Positions 38,566 through 48,212 of a stretch of DNA of 52,551 nt are shown piece by piece. This DNA is from Arthrobacter sp. Lineage in GTDB: Bacteria > Actinomycetota > Actinomycetes > Actinomycetales > Micrococcaceae. The notes under the pieces were generated by a model that was not told the origin of the DNA, did not search any database, and saw only the letters and a list, made by a program, of their open reading frames with translations. The DNA lies in the NCBI GenBank assembly GCA_036390955.1, contig DASWAW010000325.1:1-52551 (forward strand), read 5' to 3'. A program made the translations under genes and the position numbers. Positions within the stretch are counted from its first letter, which is position 1. Each line of letters starts with the position of its first letter.

Positions 38566-39690
38566 TCAGGCTGCAACAGCGGTGTCAACGGCGCAGACTG
38601 TGTAATCAGTCGTAGACGTCTTGTATCCGCTCAGCGGCAGCGGGTCGGTCCCGGACAGGATGCCGTCCAGTCGCGGGGTGATGAAGTTGGCGATCGTTTC
38701 GGGGCTGAGCTCGATGCCGATCCAGTCCCGGCCCATCTTCTGGGCGACGGCCAAGGTGGTGCCGGAGCCGGCGAAGCAGTCCAGGACGGTGTCTCCGGGT
38801 TCGGTGGCCGCGGCGATGAGGCGTTCCAGCAGAGCTTCCGGTTTCGGGGTGTCGAAGGATTTGCCGGCCTCGGTGCCGAAGATCAGTTCCGATTCGGCGC
38901 GGGCGTCCTCGTTGGTGGGCGAGCCGTTGACCCGGAACGACTGCAGGTTGGTGAGCACCTTGCCCTTGGACTCAGTGGAGAGGAAGGAGGGCCGCAGCAT
39001 CGGGCGCGGGCAGATGAAGGCGCCGGGGGTTTCGGCCATCTTGTTCACAGCGTCCTGGCCGTAGCGGAACGGGCCGGTCATCCGGAAGGCGAACTTATTG
39101 GTGCCGTTCTCCACGACCAGGTCGTCCAGCAGGTCCGAGACGATTGTCGGGGTGTTCATCTCGCCGGCTTCGATGATCCGGTCGCTGAAATTGAAGGTCA
39201 TGGACCCGGCCGGGAACTTGAGCATGGAAGGCTTGTTGCCCTTGTTATGGACCGGGATCCGCTTGCCAACCTCGGTGGCCGAGTGGACCAGCGGCGCCAT
39301 CTTGGACTTGTCCTTGGCGTAGACGAGGATGTGGTCGGTGACGTCGGCCAGGTGCGTGTGAAGGAACGAGGCCCGGTTCTTCTTTTCCCAGATCATGGTC
39401 CCGACGTAGTTCCGGTCCCCGAAGATGTCATCCAGGAGGCAACGGACCCGGTGGATGTACTGGTCATCGAGGTGGACGAAGATACTGCCGTCCTCGGTGA
39501 GAGTGTCCCGGACGCCGGCGAAGGTGCGCTCCAGCATGGCCAGCCAGCCCTTCAGCGGGGACGAGTCGCTGTACTGCCCGAACTTCCTGCCCGTGTTGTA
39601 GGGCGGATCAAGGAAGGCCATCTTCACCGTCCCGTGGAGCTGGGGGTCAGTGAGTGCGGTGTCGGCCTTGGCGTTGATCAGAAGGTTCAT
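38566..39690 (-). CDS. Site-specific DNA methyltransferase (beta-class, Mod-like)
   Basis: DPPY, FDTPKPEALL, DCFAGSGTT. Confidence 0.9.
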   Translation of the reverse strand: MNLLINAKADTALTDPQLHGTVKMAFLDPPYNTGRKFGQYSDSSPLKGWLAMLERTFAGVRDTLTEDGSIFVHLDDQYIHRVRCLLDDIFGDRNYVGTMIWEKKNRASFLHTHLADVTDHILVYAKDKSKMAPLVHSATEVGKRIPVHNKGNKPSMLKFPAGSMTFNFSDRIIEAGEMNTPTIVSDLLDDLVVENGTNKFAFRMTGPFRYGQDAVNKMAETPGAFICPRPMLRPSFLSTESKGKVLTNLQSFRVNGSPTNEDARAESELIFGTEAGKSFDTPKPEALLERLIAAATEPGDTVLDCFAGSGTTLAVAQKMGRDWIGIELSPETIANFITPRLDGILSGTDPLPLSGYKTSTTDYTVCAVDTAVAA

Positions 39691-39698
39691 GCATTCTT

Positions 39699-39721
39699 CT
39701 ATGCGCCTAAACCAGCGACGG
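39699..39721 (-). promoter_or_regulatory. Class A motif
   Basis: CGCATA lies 9 nt before ATG 39690. Confidence 0.7.
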
Positions 39722-40168
39722 GCCTTTTCGGTCCGGGAACACCGGCTTCTCAAGGCTCCGCCAGCCCGGACAGTGACTGTCCAGCCAGGTTCCCCGGTCC
39801 GGGCGCAGCATCCCCAGTCGCTCCGCTGACTGGTTGGTTTTCAGCCAGGTGGCGATGAGCCGTTCCCCGCATTCGGGGCCGGCCATGGACGGCTGGCGCC
39901 CGTGCAGGAGCAGGAAGCTGGAGGCCTCCCGTGCGCTGGCGAGCCAGGCGTCCTCGGCAGTGACCTGCCAGCCGGGAAGCTCCTCATCGAGGACCTCGAG
40001 ACGGAACAAGTCGATGGTCTTCCGCCCGGCGTCAATGCGCTGGGTGTTCAGCCACACCCCGAGGGTGCGTTCGTGGACGGACGCGGCCGCCGGCGACGGC
40101 CAGGTACCCCGCTCACGGCGGAAGGCAGCGATCGCTGCGATGGTGCGGCGCTCGTCTGCGAGGTTCAT
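39707..40168 (-). CDS. Helicase-associated (HA) repeat protein
   Basis: ERTLGVWLNTQR...LDEELPGW; ATGA overlap with the upstream gene. Confidence 0.7.
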   Translation of the reverse strand: MNLADERRTIAAIAAFRRERGTWPSPAAASVHERTLGVWLNTQRIDAGRKTIDLFRLEVLDEELPGWQVTAEDAWLASAREASSFLLLHGRQPSMAGPECGERLIATWLKTNQSAERLGMLRPDRGTWLDSHCPGWRSLEKPVFPDRKGPSLV

Positions 40169-41061
40169 CCGGTGCCGCCGGTGATGCGTTGACGCTCCGG
40201 GTGATCCCAGCCGGCCAGCTTCGCGTTCAACCACGCGGCACGGGGCGCGTTCAGCCGGTCCTTGCGGGCGGCCGCGCGCTGGGTTCCCAGCCACCGTGCC
40301 ATCTGGCGTTCATCCTCGCGGGAGGCGAGCGGCCAGCGGGCGTTCGTCTTGAAGAATTCGGCAACCTTGTCAGCCATGGCGGTCCAGGCGCCGTCGCGGC
40401 CGCTGTCGGCCGGCAGCCAGTCCGGGACGTTCTTGTTCAGCCAGTCCAGCCGCTTCTTGGGCAGCTTCCCGGACCGGGCCAGGAACCGCTGGTAGTTCAT
40501 CCACCGGTACAGCCCGGCGCGCTCGGATTCCCCGGCCTCATACGGCGGGGTGGTGCGGTTCAGGTCCACGAAGTCGGCCAGGTCCTCGGCGCGGGAGCGC
40601 CACTGGTGGTCACTGTTTTCCTGCCAGCCCGGAATACTCGCATCCAGGGCCTCCTGGCGTTCAGACTTCAGGGTGCCGTCGGCCAGGGCGCGGCGCTGGT
40701 TCAGCAGCCAGTATTTGAGGTTTGGATCCAGCGGGGCACCGGTCTTCATGCTCAGCGCCAGGGAGTTGAGCTGTGCCTGCCAGCGGTCCTCGTGGGAGAG
40801 CCGCCAGCCCCGGATGTTCCGGTCCAGCACCTCCATGTGCACGGCACTGAGGCGGCCCTTTTGGGCGGAGCGGCGCTGGCCGCGAAGCCACTCGTGAAGG
40901 ATAGCTTCCCGGCTGTAGGGTCCCGGCTCGGGGAGCCGGTTCTGGGAGCGGACAAATTCAACGACGGTCTTGGCTGCCCCCATCCACGCATCTGGCACGA
41001 CGGATCGGCCCTTTCGTGTTGGACCCGCCCCAAGGGTCGCTGCATAAGTCTGTATATCCAC
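40165..41061 (-). CDS. Helicase-associated (HA) repeat protein, about 4 repeats
   Basis: WL..QR.....G.L...R...LD....W repeated. Confidence 0.75.
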   Translation of the reverse strand: MDIQTYAATLGAGPTRKGRSVVPDAWMGAAKTVVEFVRSQNRLPEPGPYSREAILHEWLRGQRRSAQKGRLSAVHMEVLDRNIRGWRLSHEDRWQAQLNSLALSMKTGAPLDPNLKYWLLNQRRALADGTLKSERQEALDASIPGWQENSDHQWRSRAEDLADFVDLNRTTPPYEAGESERAGLYRWMNYQRFLARSGKLPKKRLDWLNKNVPDWLPADSGRDGAWTAMADKVAEFFKTNARWPLASREDERQMARWLGTQRAAARKDRLNAPRAAWLNAKLAGWDHPERQRITGGTG

Positions 41062-41069
41062 ATTACTTA

Positions 41070-41092
41070 CTATGCGGGCCATGTCCTGACGG
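41070..41092 (-). promoter_or_regulatory. Class A motif
   Basis: CGCATA lies 9 nt before GTG 41061. Confidence 0.7.
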
Positions 41093-41137
41093 CCGGATGA
41101 GGTGTTTCCCCATGTCAGGCCCATGTACGGGCACGAG

Positions 41138-41169
41138 GAAGGCCCGCCACCAACCGGTGACGGGCCTTC
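41138..41169 (-). terminator. Hairpin after nrdH
   Basis: GAAGGCCCG...CGGGCCTTC. Confidence 0.55.
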
Positions 41170-41178
41170 CAGGGAATG

Positions 41179-41529
41179 CTAGGCGGCGAGCCGGAGCGGC
41201 GCCTTCTCTTCACTGGCGGCCGGCTGGCGGTCCAGCTTCGCGTCCCACTCTTCGAGCTTGGGCGGGTTGAAGCCGCCCCAGAAATCGGCGATGGAACCAT
41301 CGGCGGCACGGACGATGACCAGGGGCGCGGTCATGACACCCAGGGCCAGGCCCATCTCGCGGTTGGCGGTGACTTTGGCGTCCAGGAGTTCGTAGCCGGT
41401 GTTCTTCTTCTTGAGCTGGCGCTTCGTGGCGTCGCACTGGACGCACGGGCTCTTCGAGTACACCTCGAGGGTGAATTCGGAGGTTGCCGCGGTGGTGGCG
41501 ACGGGTGCTTCGAGAACTGCTGCAGACAT
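41179..41529 (-). CDS. nrdH: NrdH-like glutaredoxin
   Basis: VYSKSPCVQCDATKR...APLV...WGGFNP. Confidence 0.85.
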   Translation of the reverse strand: MSAAVLEAPVATTAATSEFTLEVYSKSPCVQCDATKRQLKKKNTGYELLDAKVTANREMGLALGVMTAPLVIVRAADGSIADFWGGFNPPKLEEWDAKLDRQPAASEEKAPLRLAA

Positions 41530-41587
41530 GGGTTCTGCCTTTCGGGTGGTGGTAATGGTCTTTGGTGGGTGGTGCGGGTAAACCTCT

Positions 41588-41596
41588 TGTGTGCGG
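41588..41596 (-). promoter_or_regulatory. Class C motif
   Basis: Upstream of nrdH. Confidence 0.55.
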
Positions 41597-41612
41597 CCGG
41601 ACACCGAAAGTG

Positions 41613-43865
41613 TCAGCCCGCCGGCAGGAGGGCCCGGCCGGAGGCACGGTGCAGGAAGTCCACGGCTTCCGGAAGTTTGGTCGTGACGGTGGTGAAGCGG
41701 GCGACGGCCTTCTTGTAGACGGCGCGGGTCGGTTCCGGATAGGAGACCGGACCGGTTTTCAGCATCCGGGGATCCAGCAGGGCCACGAGCCCGGAGTCGG
41801 TCACGGAACGGATGAGACGGCCGACGGCCTGTTCCATCAGCAGCGACGCATCGGAGGAATACACCATCCGGTCCGCGGACCACTTGTCCGTTTCCAGGGC
41901 CTCCATGAGGGCCTCTACACGCGCGTCGTCCACCGGGTTGCCGGCGGCCCGCGGGACACGATCGATGGTCACCAGGGAGCACGTGCGGCCTTTGGCGTCC
42001 ACCCCTGTCATGAGGGAGCGGGTACCGACCAGGACGGAGCGTTCATCTTCGCGCCAGGCGTTGATCAACTGGCGGGTGGAGAGCCCGTCCCACTGGGAGT
42101 AGACCTTGTAGTCCGAGCCCGCAGCCTCCCGGAGCGCCGCGGCGTAGATCTTGCCGGCGTTGGAGTTCGCGGACAGGATCAGCGCGGATCCCCCGTTGGC
42201 GGTGACCAGGTCGACGTTCTTCCTTGCCGCCCACTGCTCGTGGAGCTTGGTGTCGAACTTGGTCCGGCGCCCGGGGGCCCAGCCGGGGTAGAGCTCCTGG
42301 ATTTCGGCGCCGGAGACCTTGGGGATGTACAGCAGGGAGGAGCCGTAGGCGTCATCGAACGGGGACGGGTAGGCGATGTTGTCCGCGGTCATCCCGGCCT
42401 GGTAGCCGAACCGGGACGGCAGGGTGGCGGAGACGGCAATGACCGTCATCGGGTACGTTTCGGGCTCTTCGTTGTCAACCGGTTCCCCGGCCTCCTTCAT
42501 AGCCTGGGCGATCGGGTCCTCTTCATCGAACATGACCGGGGCCGTCCACAGGTTCGCCTGCAGGAGCCCGCCGATGTTCACCGGGGAGGCGTTCGCGGCC
42601 CAGTAGGGCTGCTGGTTCTTGGAGGCCGGGCCGGGTGTCTTGGATTCGATCCAGCGGGCCGTGCCGACCTTGTGGAGCTTGACGGCAGCGACGTTGGCGA
42701 TGAAGTTGTCGATCCGGCCGGTGAGGCGCTTGGCCTTGATGCGGATCTGGGTGTTGGACGAGTCGGCCGACTTTTCGAGGGCGTTCTTCACAGACTTGGC
42801 CCAGGCGATGACCATCTCTCCGGTGTCTTCGACCGGGTCCATGTTTTCGCCGACCTTGAAGACCTCGCCCTTGCGGGTGTTGCGGGCGTAGCCCTCGAGC
42901 TCGGTGTTCACCTCGATGGCCATGGCCATGCCCTCTTCGATGAGCTTGTCGACGGCGGGGTCCAGGTCATCGAGGACGCGGGTGATCGATTTGGCCAGGG
43001 AGGTGACGGTCGCGGCGGAAACCTCGCAGGCGCCGGCGTTGCGGACAGCGGCCGGGAGCGTGTGGGCCTCGTCGACCATGATGATGTGGAATTCGCCGAG
43101 GGTTTTGTTGCCGATGATGACCGGGACACCCTTGGCGGCCTGGACGGCGAGCATGGAGTGGTTGGTGACGACGATGTCCGCTTCGGCGGCCTTGGCGCGG
43201 GCGCCGCGGGGCTTGCACAGGTCGAACACGGGGCAGGAGTCGCCGATGCATTCGGACGGGCCGACGGAGATCAGGTCCCACAGGTCGTTGGTGAGGTTGC
43301 CCGGGTAGTTCTGCTTGTCTCCGGCGTCCCCCGGCGCCAGGGTCAGGGCCCAGGTCAGCAGCGGGATGCCGTTGATGACGTCGAACGGGCGTCCGTCCAC
43401 GAGGGGACGCTTGGACTTGGGCAGCTTGGCGAGCTTCGCAGCGAGAGCCTTGAAGCTCAGGTGCTGGCCGACGGCGCCGGCCACAGCCTCGGCGGTGTCC
43501 CGGACAGCCTGCAGGCAGACGTAGTTGGAGAAGCCTTTGAGCATTGCCACGTCAGGGCGGGTGCCGGTGACTTTCTCGCAGGCGGCGGCCGCGTCCGGGG
43601 CGTCCTTGTCGATGATCTGTCCCAGCAGGGACAGGGACTCGGTGCTGATGATGGTCCGCTGGCCGTGCACTGCGGCGGCGACCATGGCGGGGGCCAAAAG
43701 TGCTATCGACTTGCCAACGCCAGTGGGCGCAACCCCGATCGTGTGGCCGGTGTTCAGGATCGCGGCCTCGATGGCTTCCGTCAGGGCCAGCTGCCCGGGG
43801 CGGGCCTGCGCGTCCGGGATGCCGGTGGCGATGCGGACGGCTTCGGTCAGGGTGGGGATCATCAT
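41613..43865 (-). CDS. dinG: DinG-family Fe-S helicase
   Basis: RPGQ Q-motif, APTGVGKS, four Cys ligands, VTNH, DEAH, SAT, QAVGRLIR. Confidence 0.88.
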   Translation of the reverse strand: MMIPTLTEAVRIATGIPDAQARPGQLALTEAIEAAILNTGHTIGVAPTGVGKSIALLAPAMVAAAVHGQRTIISTESLSLLGQIIDKDAPDAAAACEKVTGTRPDVAMLKGFSNYVCLQAVRDTAEAVAGAVGQHLSFKALAAKLAKLPKSKRPLVDGRPFDVINGIPLLTWALTLAPGDAGDKQNYPGNLTNDLWDLISVGPSECIGDSCPVFDLCKPRGARAKAAEADIVVTNHSMLAVQAAKGVPVIIGNKTLGEFHIIMVDEAHTLPAAVRNAGACEVSAATVTSLAKSITRVLDDLDPAVDKLIEEGMAMAIEVNTELEGYARNTRKGEVFKVGENMDPVEDTGEMVIAWAKSVKNALEKSADSSNTQIRIKAKRLTGRIDNFIANVAAVKLHKVGTARWIESKTPGPASKNQQPYWAANASPVNIGGLLQANLWTAPVMFDEEDPIAQAMKEAGEPVDNEEPETYPMTVIAVSATLPSRFGYQAGMTADNIAYPSPFDDAYGSSLLYIPKVSGAEIQELYPGWAPGRRTKFDTKLHEQWAARKNVDLVTANGGSALILSANSNAGKIYAAALREAAGSDYKVYSQWDGLSTRQLINAWREDERSVLVGTRSLMTGVDAKGRTCSLVTIDRVPRAAGNPVDDARVEALMEALETDKWSADRMVYSSDASLLMEQAVGRLIRSVTDSGLVALLDPRMLKTGPVSYPEPTRAVYKKAVARFTTVTTKLPEAVDFLHRASGRALLPAG

Positions 43866-43873
43866 GGTGCTCT

Positions 43874-43896
43874 CTATGCGGTCGAGGTCCCCACGG
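43874..43896 (-). promoter_or_regulatory. Class A motif (CCGTG)
   Basis: CGCATA lies 9 nt before ATG 43865. Confidence 0.7.
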
Positions 43897-44005
43897 CCGA
43901 CAGGTCCAGGCGGCGGGGTGAAGAAAAGGCGGGCCCGCCACCGGTAATCCAGTGGCGGGCCCGGGCGGATCCGACATCCGCCCAGTGCGCAGGGCTGTGC
44001 GGGCC

Positions 44006-44449
44006 CTACGCAGTCTTGGGTTTGCGCAGCTTCAGGAAGACTGAGCCGGCAGGGGACGCGGTGGTCTTGTCCGCCTGGTCCGGCGGGGCTTTCTTGGTGC
44101 GGCGGAAACGGTTGATGATGCCGCCGTCGAGTTCGGTGACCCATTGGCGGTGCAGTGCCCACGCTTCGCCGACGGTCAGGACCAGCGGGACGGAGTCCGA
44201 GTAGGTGGTCAGGAAGAGCAGTCCAAGGGCGGCCCAGCGGTACCAGCGTCGGTAGCCGCGCGGGAGCAGGATCATGGTGGCCAGGGCCGGGAGGCCGAGC
44301 AGGACGGGGAACAGCCAGCCGACCGTGTCGGGACTGAACGGCACGGCCATGACGGTCTGGATGTGGGTAGCGGAGACGGCGATGACAACGGCCCAGCCGA
44401 AGGGCTGTTTCCAGTTGAAGGAACGGATGCGTCCCAGGATGGTTTTCAT
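44006..44449 (-). CDS. Hypothetical membrane protein
   Basis: About three TM segments; ATGA overlap with the upstream gene. Confidence 0.6.
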   Translation of the reverse strand: MKTILGRIRSFNWKQPFGWAVVIAVSATHIQTVMAVPFSPDTVGWLFPVLLGLPALATMILLPRGYRRWYRWAALGLLFLTTYSDSVPLVLTVGEAWALHRQWVTELDGGIINRFRRTKKAPPDQADKTTASPAGSVFLKLRKPKTA

Positions 44450-45621
44450 GCGGCAGGGGCCTTTACTTCAACGTCGGTGAGGTTGCGGATCAGCTGATCC
44501 AGCTGGGCGTACATGGCGTGTTCGGTCAGGCCGAGGCGCTGGCCCTTGTGGGCGAGGGCGCGGGCGAACACGTCCGGGGCTTTCATGACCGCGATGCGGC
44601 GGCCGGCGATGCGTTCGGCCCGGTATTCGGCGCCGGTGGTGTCGAAGGAGGAGTACGCCTCGAATTCCAGGGCGATGAACGCCTCGCAGACGTCTTCGGC
44701 GACACGGGACCAGTTGCGTTCCGGGCCCATGGCACGGACGGCGCCGCGGAAGGAGCGCAGCACGGTGCGGGAGGGCCGGACCCGGTCGGTGAGGACTGAT
44801 TCAACCAGGGCGGACGCGACCATCGGGGCGGCGGTGGCGATGGCTTCGAGGTTGTTGTAGGCGAACTCGTCCCAGAGGGTGAGGAAACCGGGGTCCACCG
44901 GGTCGGTGACCGGGTCCCCGGAAATGATCCGGTACATCTCGGTGACGGAGCGGTGCGCGATGGACGAGTCCAGGGCCAGCAGTGCTGAGAGCCGGCGGCG
45001 TTCGTGCAGGCGGGGCCGGTCCAGTGCCGGGATGCCGTAGGCGTGGGTCAGGGATGCGGCCTGGGCTTCGAGCCGGGAGTTGTCGCGCAGGTGGCGGCTG
45101 CGGGCGCGGAGCCAGTCGGCGGCAACCAGCATGCGCTGGCCGGAGTCGGAGGCTTCAATGACCTCGGGGGTGTCATCTTCAGACCGGGTGTGGAAGACGT
45201 AGCTGGCATGGGTGCGGTGCCGGACCTCGTCGTTTTCCATCGTCTTGATCGGTTCGACGAGTTCGTACTTGCCGTTCCGGGTCCGGAGGTTGCGTTCGAT
45301 GGATTTTCGGGCCGCGCGGAGCATCTGCCGGGCCCAGCCGGTCGCCGAGGCGCCGTCCAGTCCGCGGTCCAGGTCGTAGCCGCCGGAGGTTTCCTGCATC
45401 ATCTTGGTGACGACGAGTTCTTCCATTTCGGCGGTGATGTCCAGGAGCTGCTGCCGGTCAATGAGCGGCTTCTCCCCCGCTACTGTGGCAGCGATGCCGG
45501 AGCGGTGAAGGGCTTCTGCGAGAGCCTTGCGGGTGTCGAACGGGGAGAGGTCTCCGTCAGCGAATTGCTGAAGGACCGCCCGGCATTCTGTATCGGAGTC
45601 GGAGGTCTGAAGTGTTTGCAC
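44446..45621 (-). CDS. Hypothetical protein, possible second divergent sigma-like factor
   Basis: YDLDRG...SATGWARQMLR resembles sigma region 2.3 (FDPxRG..F.T.A.WWIR); GTG start. Confidence 0.5.
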   Translation of the reverse strand: MQTLQTSDSDTECRAVLQQFADGDLSPFDTRKALAEALHRSGIAATVAGEKPLIDRQQLLDITAEMEELVVTKMMQETSGGYDLDRGLDGASATGWARQMLRAARKSIERNLRTRNGKYELVEPIKTMENDEVRHRTHASYVFHTRSEDDTPEVIEASDSGQRMLVAADWLRARSRHLRDNSRLEAQAASLTHAYGIPALDRPRLHERRRLSALLALDSSIAHRSVTEMYRIISGDPVTDPVDPGFLTLWDEFAYNNLEAIATAAPMVASALVESVLTDRVRPSRTVLRSFRGAVRAMGPERNWSRVAEDVCEAFIALEFEAYSSFDTTGAEYRAERIAGRRIAVMKAPDVFARALAHKGQRLGLTEHAMYAQLDQLIRNLTDVEVKAPAA

Positions 45622-45629
45622 GAACCTTA

Positions 45630-45638
45630 TGTGTGCGG
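45630..45638 (-). promoter_or_regulatory. Class C motif
   Basis: CGCACA lies 10 nt before GTG 45621. Confidence 0.6.
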
Positions 45639-45668
45639 CCCCGGACGTTAATGTGCACAAGGAACATG

Positions 45669-45684
45669 TGTGAACTGACTCACA
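45669..45684. promoter_or_regulatory. CRP/GlxR-type site
   Basis: Perfect TGTGA-actgac-TCACA in an intergenic region. Confidence 0.55.
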
Positions 45685-45744
45685 TCCAGTCCGGGCGCGG
45701 GAAAGCCCGGCGTGTCGTCTCAACACGCCGGGCGGACCCGGTTT

Positions 45745-48210
45745 TTAGACTGCTGCCCCGGCCAGTGCCAGTTCGGCGTTGCGGGCATTCAGGTCATCGG
45801 AGTTCGTGGAAGCGAGCTTCAGGAACGCCGGCGGCAGGACGATCTCGATCGGAACACACCGGCCGGCGAGGTCGGAGTAGTACCCGACGGTGCCGCGCAG
45901 GACCGTCTTCGTGATCGGGTCGCGCAGGGCACGCATCGAGGACCAGTTCGGGGCAACGGATTCCCCGTCGCCCAGCATGGCCTTGCCGGTGATGCGCGTC
46001 ATCCGCTCCTCGGTGGCTTCGAGCTTGAACAGCTCCAGGGCCGCGCGGGCCTCGTCCTTGTCCTCGATGGGCAGGATCAGGCCGCGGGAGATGTAGCCGG
46101 CCAGCCCGGCCTTCAGCGGGTCAGAGGCGCGCTGCGTGTACAGCTCCGGGAGCACCTGCTGGGAACGGGCCAGACGGCCCAGGCGCTCGACCTCGGCTTT
46201 GCCGGCGCCCAGGAACACCCAGGCCTCATCGAGGTGGATCGCCCCGCCGCGGCCGGTGAGGGCCATCGCGGAACCGAACACCATCATGCGGACCAGCGCC
46301 AGGGACACCTTCTGCATCAGGGAGGCGCTCTCCATCGCACCGGGCTCCGGCAGATCCAGGTGCGTGTTGCCGACCTTGATCAGCGTGATGCCCTCGTTGA
46401 TGGACAGTGCCTTCGTGTGCGGATCCACGCCGACACAGGCACGGAACAGCGGGGAGGTGTTCGCGAGCCGGAAGATCGGGTCCACCAGTTCCTGGCTCGC
46501 CTGGTTCGCGTCGAGTGCCATCTGCAGCGCCTGGCCCACGCAGGTAGCGCCCTGGGAGACGCCGAAGGACAGGGCCGTGTACAGGTGCACCTCGTACTCC
46601 TTGGCCTTGCCGCCCCACGGGTCGATGGAGGCGAGCATGGACACTGCCAGCTCCACGCCGACGGTCGGGTTCGGCGAGAAGCGCAGCGGGTCGAAGATGC
46701 CGTCGGCGCCCTTGAGGTCATCGAGGGAAGCGACCTGTCCGCCGTGGGCCAGGACCGTCGGAGAATGATCAGATCCGGTTTTCGGGTCGATGATAACCTG
46801 GGGCCCGCCGAGCTTGGCGAACTGGATTGCCTTCCAGAGCAGCACCATGGATTTACCGGAGCCGGTCGCGCCCAGGTTGACGAAGATCGGGGCCGCGTCG
46901 CCGGAGGATGCTGCCGTCGGGGACTCGTAGGCGGGCTGTGAATCCCGTTCGGTGAAGCCCAGCAGTGCGCCGTCCTTGTCGCCGACCGTGGACAGGGACT
47001 GGATCCCCGAGCACGCGATGACTTGGATGGGCAGGTCGTGAAGGTTCGGGTTGGCACGGATGTTCGAGCACATCAGCATTTCGGCCAGACCCTGGCGCTG
47101 GCGGAAGTTCATGATCCGCAGGTTCGCCGCGGACCGGGGCCCGGCCTGGGTGATGTCTTCGACTTCGCCGTTGAACGCGACCAGCACGGAGGCGTCCACC
47201 AGGGTCGGGGAACCGCCGCCGGCGTACACGCCCTCGACAGCCTCGAGGGTGCCGAGCATTTCCTGCTGCCGGCCATCCTCCATCTTGTTCTGCTTGTGGC
47301 GTTCGTTGATGTCATCCATGTACCGCTTGCGCTGGCGGCGCAGTTCCTGGCGGGTGATCTTGGCCGGCTCTACGCCGCCACGGATCGAGATCGCCACGGC
47401 ACCGTCTTCAACGAGGCCGGTCGCCCAGTGGGCCATGGAGGATTCGGAGGATTCGAACTCGAAGCTGAAGTCCTCCAGGGTCGCGATCGTCAGGGACCGG
47501 TGCTTGGGGATTTCCGGCCAGTTGGTGCAGTCTTCCCGACCGGCATCATTGGCCATCCGGACAGCTTTCGTGTCGGAGAAGACGTGCAGGTGGTCCGAGT
47601 GCGGCAGGTCCACGGTGTCCGGGAACTCGCCCTGGTTCCACCAGGAGTTGGCGATCGAGATTTCCTGGGCGGTGGGCGTGGCGAGGCCGCAGCGGGCCAT
47701 CGCCGCATCGACCTTGCGCAGGTCATCGTCGTAGTCGCTCATCGGTGTACCGCCGCTGACGAGGGTCTCCACGACGGAGTCCACGGCCTTGCTGAACCCG
47801 CCCTTGGCGCCCACCGAGGGCACCAGCCGGACACCGAACAGTGCCAGGCGCTTCTCGGTAGCCTGCTTCGGGAAGGATTCTTTGAGGAAGCCAGCGATTT
47901 TGTGCCCGGCCGGGTTGTACAGCCGGGTCAGGTTCACCATCAGCAGCTGCGTCTGGCGGTATTTGTTCCGGGACATGGAGCGGCGGTTGCCGGTCGTGGA
48001 CGCCATCGCGGAGAGCTCCTCGTAGGCGGCCATCAGCGGCATGTACACGTTCATGCGTTCGGAGATGGACTTGGCATCCGCGACCGGTTCCAGCGGGAGC
48101 CGGCGCCACAGCCAGTACGAGCCGTCGACCGCCAGCAGGCGGCCCTCGGGAAGCTTGGTCCGGACCATGGTGGAGACGGACACTTCGTAATTCATTGAGG
48201 CTTTAGCCAT
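45745..48210 (-). CDS. virB4: VirB4/TcpF-like conjugative ATPase
   Basis: GATGSGKS, IIDPK, LDEAW, ARSQ. Confidence 0.8.
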   Translation of the reverse strand: MAKASMNYEVSVSTMVRTKLPEGRLLAVDGSYWLWRRLPLEPVADAKSISERMNVYMPLMAAYEELSAMASTTGNRRSMSRNKYRQTQLLMVNLTRLYNPAGHKIAGFLKESFPKQATEKRLALFGVRLVPSVGAKGGFSKAVDSVVETLVSGGTPMSDYDDDLRKVDAAMARCGLATPTAQEISIANSWWNQGEFPDTVDLPHSDHLHVFSDTKAVRMANDAGREDCTNWPEIPKHRSLTIATLEDFSFEFESSESSMAHWATGLVEDGAVAISIRGGVEPAKITRQELRRQRKRYMDDINERHKQNKMEDGRQQEMLGTLEAVEGVYAGGGSPTLVDASVLVAFNGEVEDITQAGPRSAANLRIMNFRQRQGLAEMLMCSNIRANPNLHDLPIQVIACSGIQSLSTVGDKDGALLGFTERDSQPAYESPTAASSGDAAPIFVNLGATGSGKSMVLLWKAIQFAKLGGPQVIIDPKTGSDHSPTVLAHGGQVASLDDLKGADGIFDPLRFSPNPTVGVELAVSMLASIDPWGGKAKEYEVHLYTALSFGVSQGATCVGQALQMALDANQASQELVDPIFRLANTSPLFRACVGVDPHTKALSINEGITLIKVGNTHLDLPEPGAMESASLMQKVSLALVRMMVFGSAMALTGRGGAIHLDEAWVFLGAGKAEVERLGRLARSQQVLPELYTQRASDPLKAGLAGYISRGLILPIEDKDEARAALELFKLEATEERMTRITGKAMLGDGESVAPNWSSMRALRDPITKTVLRGTVGYYSDLAGRCVPIEIVLPPAFLKLASTNSDDLNARNAELALAGAAV

Positions 48211-48212
48211 GA

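Noticed and set aside
41562-44204. 880-aa plus-strand ORF
   Set aside because: Antisense shadow of dinG.
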